Source of the DNA: Paramoeba atlantica | Lineage: Eukaryota; Protista; Discosea | Length of the DNA: 17,079 nucleotides | Direction: 5' to 3' | Assembly: GCA_977017575.1 (NCBI GenBank) | Contig: CDRNVI010000197.1 | Span: 1 to 17,079 of the forward strand | Shown: piece after piece, positions 8,701 through 17,079 of the stretch | How positions within the stretch are numbered: the first letter of the stretch is position 1 | Layout: the number at the start of each line of letters is the position of its first letter | The notes under the pieces: model-generated | Database searches by the model: none | What the model was told of the DNA's origin: nothing | Seen by the model: only the letters and a program-made list of their open reading frames with translations | Position numbers and translations under genes: made by a program

Positions 8701-10108
8701 CACCATTATCTCTGGAAATGACCCCATCCATAACAATTCCTTTAACCCTTGGGGCTGATCTCGCTTTAGGCCTCGCAAAGTGACTGTCAATAAAGATTCC
8801 CAACTGTCCTTCAATACATTCAATCTTCTTGAGCGCTGCAGAAATCATTCTGGGGATTATTCCTCTCCTCCACAACTTCCCTTCCTTCGAACCCTTCCAA
8901 CCAAGGGAGGCCTGGTCCAACAGACCCATTTCAAGAGAAAAGTATGGCCTCTGGACAGTAGATTTCCTAAGAATGTAAGAATTGCAAAGGGATCTTACAA
9001 GAGAGTGGATCTTCCACAGTTCTCTGAACAATGCTGCCTCAGTGTTTCTTTCTCTCCAGTAGGGAACTAATTCTCAAGTTGTGATCTTAAATTTGGTCAA
9101 AAACTCGTTGGAATCATCACCCTTGGAGAAGGTACCCATCCTCTCAATAAGAGTGTTGATGAACCCATGGTCATTAATCAAATACTCAGGGATGGATTTC
9201 TTATTTGCTCGAATCTTCCATTCCTTAAACGAGGATCCTCCAATTAGCAGTGCATGATCTTTAAAGCTGGATGAGATGGCATTGATAAACAAATGTTTTA
9301 ATGGAGCTTTGGACAAGAAGAAGATATGGTCGATACACCTCCCTATATAATGGGTGGGTTCATCCCATTTCAAGTGTGACATACAGAGAGAAGCACAACA
9401 CTTTTCAATTTCCCCCATCTGTTTTTCCTTCACATCCCAATTGAAATCACTCCCAAAGATATTTATGCTCCTGGGGTTCTGACCGAAGAATTGAGCAGCC
9501 TTCTGCGAGATGGTGGCTACTTTGAGGTCAGGGTGATGGTATATATTCAGGACAGAATAGTTTGTTGATTCAATAGTCATATGAACACCAAATAATCCAC
9601 TCATGGTCTGGTCAAAGAAACAGGGAGAGATCTCTTTCACCCCCTCCATCCGCTTAACTCCAATGAGCAGACCCCTCCTCTTTCTAGAGGAGTTGTCTCT
9701 CAACCAAATATACTTCCTCAATTGGTTCCTGATGAGGTCGAGGTCACATTCAAAATCAGAGTGAGATTCTTGAATCAAAATGAAAAGAGGCCAACAATTC
9801 CCAGCCATCTTCTGAAGGGTTTTCAATTTTTCGAAATTTTGAATCCCATTCATGTTCCAGGAAATAACATGTGCATTAGGAAACCTATGTTCATCACTCT
9901 CACTTAAATTAGCTGAGGACCTATCACAGGGGTCAACTTCAGGCTCACTCAGAGGACCTGATGAGAGGCACTTTGACTGGAATACATTAAACAAGTTTGT
10001 TGTTGGGGGAGGAGCTACCTGGGGGCCCACACCAAAGCTACTTCTAATATCCACCAATCTCTTTTCCTTTCTCTTCTTATTTTTCTTCTTCTTGAGTTTA
10101 GTCATCAT
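5753..10108 (-). pseudogene. LINE ORF2 polyprotein: AP endonuclease, reverse transcriptase, CCHC zinc finger, RNase H; 12 in-frame stops
   Basis: Track ORFs 9074-10258, 8471-9031, 7964-8281, 7301-7630, 6143-7165 and 5906-6136 are all in one frame. APE motifs: SWNMNG, LIQESH, GSDFN, IDHIF, KDH. RT motifs: SAGPDGIP, F*PISITN, TDFCKTYDYV, GVRQDCPISPLLF, FMND (7844-7855), KLNYNKC. Zinc finger: CWLCRKVKESRVHLLEGC. RNase H: FYNGS, NNLSEFLGC, VGNC, HVYRKFNKRSD. The start (MMTKL at 10108) and end are my estimates. Confidence 0.9.
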
Positions 10109-10172
10109 TTGTTTGTTTTTTTTTTTTTTGTGTTTTTGTGTTTTTGTGTTTTTGTATTTTTTTTTTTTTTTT

Positions 10173-10778
10173 TTAAATGACTGACTTCCCTCCCTCACTC
10201 TCTCTCCTTGCTTGGGTTGTTTTGGCAAACTCCTTGTTTGTTTCAATCTCCATAGCATCCCCCTCTTCCTCCTCTTCTCTTTCCATTCTCATATCTAACC
10301 CTTCAAATGAAAAGGAAAAGGGGACACCGTCTTGAACACCACCACCTCTTTCCTTGGGTTTTTCCATAAGTGGATGAACAACACTCACCCCTTCCTCATT
10401 TGGAAAATTCACCAGCTTTCTTTCCTCACTCTCCTTTTTTTGTGTGATTTTTCTTTTTTTTTGTGATATTTTTCCCTTTTCCTCTTCACTCTCATTCTTT
10501 CCTTTCTCCCACCCTATTCTAACATTAATCACCTCTTCTGATCCATTCTTCTTCCTCTTAGTGCATCTTGTCTTCACAAGGTACTCAACCAAATAGAAAG
10601 CTTGGTGCCTTAATCTCCTATCCTCTGGGAAAATTGAGCCATTCTCCAACCCCTCATAAATTCTTCCGAAATCCTTGGTTGCACTTGCCCATTCGATGTT
10701 TAAGTTCAATTTCTTTAGCATTGATTTTACCTCCCTTCTATTGTCAGGTTCCTCCACCGACTGGTAAATCTTCTTCAT
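10173..10778 (-). CDS. LINE-internal extra ORF (201 aa), or the frameshifted C-terminus of ORF1
   Basis: Open ATG-started ORF overlapping the ORF1 stop by 35 nt and followed by an A-rich spacer. No family recognised. Confidence 0.45.
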   Translation of the reverse strand: MKKIYQSVEEPDNRREVKSMLKKLNLNIEWASATKDFGRIYEGLENGSIFPEDRRLRHQAFYLVEYLVKTRCTKRKKNGSEEVINVRIGWEKGKNESEEEKGKISQKKRKITQKKESEERKLVNFPNEEGVSVVHPLMEKPKERGGGVQDGVPFSFSFEGLDMRMEREEEEEGDAMEIETNKEFAKTTQARRESEGGKSVI

Positions 10779-12438
10779 TGATGAAGATGGGAGCAGGGCT
10801 GGAAACAGGTTGGCTTCTTCTGTTCTCCTTCTTTTGGATCACAGAATCAGCACAATTTCTTGACTTGTCCACAGTCTCTTTTGGTTGTGAAGAAGCAGAC
10901 TTAAAGGAAGAGACTACTGGGTTGGAACATGTGTTCACCGATGTCTGGGTACTCTTCTTTTTTGGTTGAGCTTGTGATCGCTGGGCTGGCAATATGGGGG
11001 GCACTGAAAATCCACTAACTTGTTTGATGCTCCCATTTATTGTTTTAATTTTAGAAAAGGTTTTGGTCCTGATGGGAGAAAATGAACTTGTCTTACTCAG
11101 AGCTGCAGCATCACACTTGACTGGGCCCACAGAGGAACTTCTTTGGACAGCTAATCCTTTAGTTGTGGAAGAAGGTACTTTGAAGTTATTGGGTACAACT
11201 TCATGGCTCTTCTTCACAGGAGGGGGGCCCTTCGGAGGGGTAGGTTCAACAGGAATAACATTAGCCAAACGAGACACCAACCCTTGGCCACCAGCATTAC
11301 ACACAGGTAAATTTGAGCCATCTTTTTTAACACCAATGGGGGAGAGACCTTCAGCAGGCTTAGAAGCTTGTGACTTGGGGGGAGTTTGATCTATTCTCTC
11401 AGAGCCCACTACCATAGACTCACCAGTATTACTGAGGGGGGTACAGGATGAAGGAACTCCTTCAGGCAAGACAAAGTTAAATTGCACACCATCTCTGGCA
11501 GCTTGTTTTCTTATCTTAACTCCTTTGGGGTTGTGGGTGTTGATTGAGTACATTTCTGTTCTCACCATATTACCAACTTCACTTGGATCCTTTTTTTGTA
11601 AAATTTCAAATAAACAATCCAAACAAGCAGGATAGTTAATTTGGCAAGTGGGGCATTTCACCACTTTATCAAAGGACCTCGCTGGGGTCCAAACAGAAAC
11701 TCGAGCTTGAGTATCACTAATCTCCAACCACCCCTTGGTATGGGCGATGAGATGGACAAGGTTAATAGGAATTTGGGTGTAAACCAAAATAATACAATTC
11801 TGGGCTATTTGAACTACTTTCTTCAAGTTATGTCTTGGAAGAGAATTTGGGCTAGCAAAAAGATTCTGAATCCACTCCACACCCTCAGCTTTGAAAAGAA
11901 CCTTGATTTTGAGCCTCCACAATTTTGTGTCCTTGTTGTTCCTCCAGACAAAGGATTTTTTGAGTTTTTTTGCCAATTTGTCACCTTTGTTCAAAAACTC
12001 TTTTTCTACACTGGCAGCATCCATGTTCTCAAGTGCTGAAATTACAAAATGGCCCTGCTTGACGTTCACAAAAATCTTTCCTTTAAGAGAGGTCACATTT
12101 TCAATCACTTTGATAACCTTGTTGAAGTTGGGAAGTCCCAGTCTAAAATCCAGTGATCTCACTAACTTTGTTGATCTCGACTTGGCTCCAACAACAGTTT
12201 TTGGGTTCAGGCACACAACTAAACTTTGGTATAGTCTGACATTGTTCCAATCAATCTTGTGTAACACATCGCTGAGACCTTTGGAGGCTGGAAAGCCTTC
12301 CTTGGTTTCGAGAGGTCTTTTCTTTCTTTCACTTTTTTTAACAACTTGAGCAAATGATTCACTATCCGCTCGTCCTGACCAGGCGTTTCTAGCAGGAAAT
12401 CCCTCTCCTTCCTTTACACTAGGTGAAGAGGTTTCCAT
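10744..12438 (-). CDS. LINE ORF1 (gag-like nucleic-acid-binding protein)
   Basis: Uninterrupted ORF just inside the element's 5' end; first ATG at 12438 (METSSP). Contains an SFAQVVK motif typical of L1/Tx1 ORF1 N-termini, a Cys cluster CPTCQINYPACLDC and a Pro/Ser/Lys-rich disordered tail. Confidence 0.75.
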   Translation of the reverse strand: METSSPSVKEGEGFPARNAWSGRADSESFAQVVKKSERKKRPLETKEGFPASKGLSDVLHKIDWNNVRLYQSLVVCLNPKTVVGAKSRSTKLVRSLDFRLGLPNFNKVIKVIENVTSLKGKIFVNVKQGHFVISALENMDAASVEKEFLNKGDKLAKKLKKSFVWRNNKDTKLWRLKIKVLFKAEGVEWIQNLFASPNSLPRHNLKKVVQIAQNCIILVYTQIPINLVHLIAHTKGWLEISDTQARVSVWTPARSFDKVVKCPTCQINYPACLDCLFEILQKKDPSEVGNMVRTEMYSINTHNPKGVKIRKQAARDGVQFNFVLPEGVPSSCTPLSNTGESMVVGSERIDQTPPKSQASKPAEGLSPIGVKKDGSNLPVCNAGGQGLVSRLANVIPVEPTPPKGPPPVKKSHEVVPNNFKVPSSTTKGLAVQRSSSVGPVKCDAAALSKTSSFSPIRTKTFSKIKTINGSIKQVSGFSVPPILPAQRSQAQPKKKSTQTSVNTCSNPVVSSFKSASSQPKETVDKSRNCADSVIQKKENRRSQPVSSPAPIFINEEDLPVGGGT

Positions 12439-12548
12439 AATATTTTCTATGGCAACCAGCCACAAGAATACACACTACAACAAAAGATAGGAAATTCAGA
12501 CAATTGTATCTTAAACCCCCTATTTTTTTTTTTTTTTTTTTTTTTTTT

Positions 12549-12564
12549 CTTGATAAATATTATC
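12549..12564. repeat. Target-site duplication, copy at the 5' end of the LINE
   Basis: CTTGATAAATATTATC; matches 5594-5609 at 15 of 16 positions. Confidence 0.9.
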
Positions 12565-14859
12565 AATCAATGGATAAAAGTGTGCAAAACACTGCCTTAA
12601 GGTGATATCAACATTGGTTTGCAAAATATTGTGTAACAAACACTACTATGCTTTGATAAATAACCAAACTTGTTGTGGTAACTGAACTGGAATATCAATA
12701 GCTCACAGTGCTTTTACACTAACTGTACCTTGTTGCAACCACTGCTAATAATCACTATCATGTTTAGCAAGCAAACTAAGCTATGTCAAATACCATTCCT
12801 CAAATGATAGAGATAAACAGTGTTTCTGTATAATCAAGTGTATTGGTAAATCCATCAACTCAAGCAACACTAGCAGCAGGTTTTTTAGTTCAAATAATAA
12901 CTTTCCATGTTCATTAAAACTAAATGGTATCTTTAAACTTAAATCATTATCAATCACCACAATTCAACAGTATTGCAATTGCTTATTTGTATCATAGTTT
13001 AACTGCAACATGAAATTATCAAACTTGCCATCACAAGGTAGAGTGAGCAATAACCCTAACCACAGGAAACTCATTGCTTCAATGTCTAAGTAATGCTTTG
13101 TTAATAACTGTGGCATAATTGTTAATGCTGTTTCTAATGGTGTGTTAGGTAACAAGTTAAATAATCATTTGGAATGTTTGAATTGTTGTAACAACCCAGC
13201 AATCTCTTGCCTTGCTATCAATGTGGAGTATTGACATATCACCCCTAACAGTGCACATAAACCATTCACTGTGCTGCCATCATGCAAGAAACTTTCAAAC
13301 AATTCACAAAAGGCATTGCAGTGATTGGCCTCAGGCCTATCAGAAGAATTGACAATATCACACAATTGCACCTCAACTGTTTTACCTGCACATACTTGCT
13401 CAAAAGCATGGCATAACCCCTCACTCAAAGCTGTTTGGTTTGCCTCAACACTTAAATCCAATACACCAAATACATTTGGGTACTGTTGTTTCACCACTGT
13501 CAAGGCATGAACAAAATTTTCTTGAGCATCCTGCAACAAAGCAACCATGGCATCCATTGATAACTGTGATTCCCACACCCCAAGCACTTCACAACACTCA
13601 ATGAAGTCTTTAAAGCACATCCCAGTAATTGTTAACCCACCTTGTACCAAGTTACCAGTCATTGTTGTCACAATACATTTCTTCTCTTTTTCACCTTTTT
13701 TTTGAATAGGCATTGCATTCACACTCAATAATGTACTGGGAGCTGCTGCTAAGGATTGATCCACAATTAACTGCATTAAACTGCTAACAGCAGCTTCTTT
13801 TCCAGGATTAATAAAAGACTTTGCTTTGCTGTTATGCTAAAAATGCACCCCATTTAAAGCTGCCACAGCATGAGACCCTGCTTGATTTGTTTTGACTTCC
13901 TTTCCAGTTTCATTCACACAATAACTGACATGCAACAGTAACTGGTAAGCTGTAATACCCTTCACCCAACACAGCAACACTGGCACATTCTTCTTCTTGA
14001 TTAACCAATAACTGCTGACCTTGTTCCCCATGTTGTTGTTGTTGCATCAGCAGGAGATCACTGCTGCTGCTGGCTGTGGCATATTCATCTTCCAATATAC
14101 ACAACTTCCCCAACACTTGATGACACAGCAACCAATGGGCATGTCCTACTACATCAATAGCTTGTTGTACTAACAAGGCTGTATGCTCTAAGTGATGATG
14201 GCAAAAAAAGAGCCTCATTCTCAACCTTATCATCACACCCTGTTGTTGTTGTTGTTATTGTTGTTCCTTGCTGCTGCTGCAATTGGTACACTGGCACACA
14301 ATGTTCTAAGACCTTTATCAATGCACTGTAAACATGAACATCTAAATTGATAGACTGCTTCACTAAGGCATAAAGCTCTGCCAAGGCTGCACTGTGAGTA
14401 TCCACTTGTAATAATGGGGGAGGATTGGCAGCACCATCATCATCATCACCAACACTCTGCCCCTCCTCACCCCCCCTCACCCCTTCTAATGCTTTGACAC
14501 ACTCAACAAGTTCACCATACTGTAACCCCAATAAACAGGTTAATTGATGTGCACTTAATGAAGCTTGCAACTGGCCAGATGCATTAAAAGAAGAACCCAA
14601 TCTCAAATTTTCTGCTTCAATTACTGCTGTTTCAACATCACCTCCACTGCTATATCCTCCACTACCACTGTTGTCAAACACATCAAAACTAACCCCACCA
14701 CCAGATTTCTCTTCCTCCTTAGCAATAATACTCTCTTTTTTCTTCACCCATCCAGCAGGAGGAAGAAGTGCTTTCAACCTCTGCTGCTGCCAGGGACTAT
14801 CTTGTGGTAAAACATTCTCTAATTTGATTATTTGTTCTTGCCATTGTTGTAATTGATCC

Positions 14860-15341
14860 TTTGCTAACCCATAGTCTGCTTCTGCACTCAACTAACACCA
14901 TTTAAGTGCAGCACTCCAATCTTGCTGCTTGGCTACACCTTTGCCACCATTCTGATACATCAAGCTTAAGTTATATTGTGCCCTTGCATTTCCCTGCTCA
15001 GCAGCCTTACAAAACAATTCAAATGCCTTCTCCTCATCTTTAGCCACACCCTTGCTACCATTTTGATACATCAATCCTACATTATACTGTGCATTCACAT
15101 CCCCTTGCTCAGCAGCCTTACAATACCATTCAAATGCCTTCTCCTCATCTTTAGCTACACCCTTACCACCATTCTCATACTGCCACCCTACATTATACTG
15201 TGCATTCACATTTCCCTGCTCAGCAGCCTTACAATACCATTCAAATGCCTTCTCCTCATCTTTATCTACACCCTCACCACCATTCTCATACCACCACCCT
15301 ACATTATACTGTGCATTTGCATTCCCCTGCTCAGCAGCTTC
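14860..15341 (-). repeat. Sel1-like repeats, four copies of 37 aa (111 nt) plus a partial fifth
   Basis: AAEQG-N-A-NAQYNVG..Y.NG..GV.KDEEKAFEWYCK consensus. The TCAGCAGC anchor recurs at 14998, 15109, 15220 and 15331 (exact 111-nt period). Confidence 0.92.
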
Positions 15342-15516
15342 AACTTGTTTCCAAAATATTCCCTACAAAAAGATATTTGAGAAAACAAAAAAAAATATTA
15401 TTTCTTTTTGATTTTCTTCTTTTGTTTTCTTATTTTTCTTCTTTTTTTTTTTGTCTTTTGTTTTTGAAGTTATGTTGGCTGTGTGTTTTTCTTAAAATTT
15501 TTTTCAAATTGAGAAC

Positions 15517-15589
15517 CTCTGGAGTGAGTAGACTTTTAATATCCTCCATCAATTGTGGGTGAGAACAGCAAAAAGGATTGTTATCAATA
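15517..15589 (-). CDS. LRR-cap exon (73 nt; Y-IDNNPFCCSHPQLMEDIKSLLTPE) linking the LRR exons to the Sel1 exon
   Basis: Acceptor TTATTGACAG at 15590 and donor GTTCTC at 15516. Phase 2 in and phase 0 out gives an in-frame join to GIFWKQVEAAEQG. Splicing is inferred. Confidence 0.55.
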
Positions 15590-15789
15590 CTGTCAATAAA
15601 GAAATTAATAAAGAGAAAAGAAAAAAAAGGAAAGAAAAAAGAAAGAGAGAGAGAGAAGAAGAGAAAAGAAGAGAAAAGAAGAGAAAAGAAGAGAAGAAGA
15701 GAGAGAAAAGAATGAGAAAAGAGAAAAAAAGAAAAAAGAACAAAAACACAATTCAAAAATCAAGAGAGAAAATAAAATGAAAGCAAAAC

Positions 15790-17079
15790 TAAAGTTTTTG
15801 AGTGTTGAATTTGTTAAGAGGGACTTAACAATCTCTCTCGCTCCTTCAACTCCAATATTATTGTTATGAAGGCTGTGTGTGTTGGAAAAAGAAAAGGAGA
15901 AAAAGAAAGGAGGAAGAGAAAGAGAAGAGAGAAAGAAGAGAGAAAGATAAGAAGAAGGAGAGAGGGAAAGAAGGAAGAGAGAGAAGAGAGAGAGAAGAAG
16001 GAAGAGAGAAGAAGAGAGAAGAAGAGAAAAAAAGAAAAGAAAAAAAAGAACAAGAAAAAAGAAAAAAAAGAAAAAAGAACAAAAACACAATTCAAAAATA
16101 AAGAGAAAACAAAATGAAAGCAAAACTAAAGTGTTTTGAGTGTTGAATTTGTTGAGAGGGACTTAGCAATCTCTCTCACTCCTTCAATTTCAATATTATT
16201 GCCCCAAAGGCTGTGTGTTGGAAAAAGAAAAGGAGAGAAAGAGAGGAGGAAGAGAAAAGAGAAGAGGGAAAGAGGAGAGAAAGATAAGAAGAAGGAGAAA
16301 GGGAAAGAAGGAAGAGAGAAGAAGAGAAGAAGAGAAAAAAGAATGAGAAAAGAGAAAAAAAGAAAAAAGAACAAAAACACAATTCAGAAATAAAGAGAGA
16401 AAATAAAATGAAAGCAAAACTAAAGTGTTTGAAGTGTTGAATTTGTTGAGACGGACTTAGCAATCTCTCTCACTCCTTCATCCAATATTATTGGAACCAA
16501 GGCTGTGTGTGTTGGAAAAAGAAAAGGAGAAAAAGAGAGGAGGAAGAGAAGAGGGAAAGAGGAGAGAAAGATAAGAAGGAGAGAGGGAAAGAAGGAAGAG
16601 AGAGAAGAAGAAGAAAGAAGAAGAGAGAAGAAGAGAGAAAAAAGAATGAGAAAGAGAAAAAAAGAAAAAAGAACAAAAACACAATTCAAAAATCAAGAGA
16701 GAAAATAAAATGAAAGCAAAACTTAAGTGTTTGAAGTGTTGAATTTGTTGAGAGGGACTTACCAATCTCTCTTGCTCCTTCATCTCCAATAATATTGTTA
16801 CCAAGGCTGTGTGTTGGAAAAAGAAAAGGAGAAAAAGAGAGGAGGAAGAGAAAGAGAAGAGGGAAAGAGGAGAGAAAGATAAGAAGAAGGGAAAGAAGGA
16901 AGAGAGAGAGAAGAAGAAGAGAGAAGAAGAGAGAAGAAGGAAGAGAGAAGAAGAGAGAAAAAAGAATGAGAAAAGAGAAAAAAAGAAAAAAGAACAAAAA
17001 CACAATTCAAAAATAAAGAGAAAAAATAAAATGAAAGCAAAACTAAAGTGTTTGAAGTGTTGAATTTGTTGAGAGGGGC
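15790..17079 (-). repeat. Tandem exon-intron units each encoding one 28-aa RI-type leucine-rich repeat
   Basis: Exons at 17044-17079 (partial), 16723-16806 (84 nt), 16421-16502 (82 nt), 16127-16210 (84 nt) and 15790-15872 (83 nt). Consensus L..N.IG.EGAREI.KSLSTNSTL.TL(N/Y). Introns are phase 2, 200-254 nt, near-identical and pyrimidine-rich, with GTTTTGCTTTC donors and ACACAG acceptors. Confidence 0.9.

Larger units (their letters stand above)
5610..12548 (-). mobile_element. Full-length non-LTR retrotransposon (L1/Tx1-like LINE with RNase H), inactivated
   Basis: Bounded by the 16-bp TSD. 3' poly(A)13 at 5610-5622 with AATAAA at 5646-5651. Carries ORF1, an extra ORF and an APE-RT-CCHC-RNase H ORF2. 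A26 tract at the 5' boundary (12523-12548). Confidence 0.92.
12549..15362 (-). pseudogene. Large intronless exon: Sel1 repeats, linker and an atypical (PI3/PI4K- or actin-fragmin-kinase-like) kinase domain; CpG-erased pseudogene
   Basis: Acceptor TTTTGTAG at 15370-15363. The frame reads through single stops at 14892, 13837, 13165, 12964 and beyond, with about two inferred frameshifts (near 14205 and 13930-14000). Kinase-like motifs are DGKFDNF (13012-13032) and IDND (12943-12954), followed by MDLPIH..EEWYLT*L..Y. The kinase call comes from motif recall and needs an HMM search. Confidence 0.65.

Noticed and set aside
5753-15362. Alternative genetic code with stop-codon reassignment explaining the in-frame stops
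   Set aside because: All three stops occur, TGA sits at an invariant Arg (FRPIS), and the stops come with CpG loss and transition damage at catalytic residues. Mutation explains this better.
5841-15562. Plus-strand ORFs overlapping the LINE and the Sel1 region
   Set aside because: These are antisense shadows of minus-strand coding sequence, with no recognisable motifs.
15430-17063. Many overlapping poly-F/S/L and poly-K/R/E ORFs
   Set aside because: These are translations of pyrimidine-rich introns. Only the 82-84-nt LRR exons embedded in them are coding.

Overview
Chimeric-looking window with two very different parts. Bases 1-2021 are bacterial-type, CpG-rich DNA: a minus-strand operon with Shine-Dalgarno sites encoding a small hypothetical protein, a DUF2924-like protein and the N-terminus of a serine recombinase, a pairing typical of prophages and genomic islands. 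This joins without a gap to 124 perfect CCCTAAA telomere repeats (2022-2889), oriented as the left end of a eukaryotic chromosome lying to the right. Next come a ~180-bp telomere-associated satellite and AT-rich low-complexity DNA. The rest is one large minus-strand eukaryotic pseudogene: one-repeat-per-exon RI-type LRR exons, Sel1 repeats and an inferred PI3/PI4K- or actin-fragmin-like kinase domain (about 17079 down to 5169). It is split by a full-length ~6.9-kb L1/Tx1-like LINE (5610-12548) with a 16-bp target-site duplication, an APE-RT-zinc finger-RNase H ORF2 and a poly(A) at both ends. The pseudogene has lost essentially all CpG, and LINE ORF2 carries 12 in-frame stops with no frameshift, pointing to methylation-driven or RIP-like C-to-T hypermutation. 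The host cannot be named from the sequence; an AT-rich protist is a guess. The bacterial/telomere junction may be an assembly chimera and needs read-level checking.
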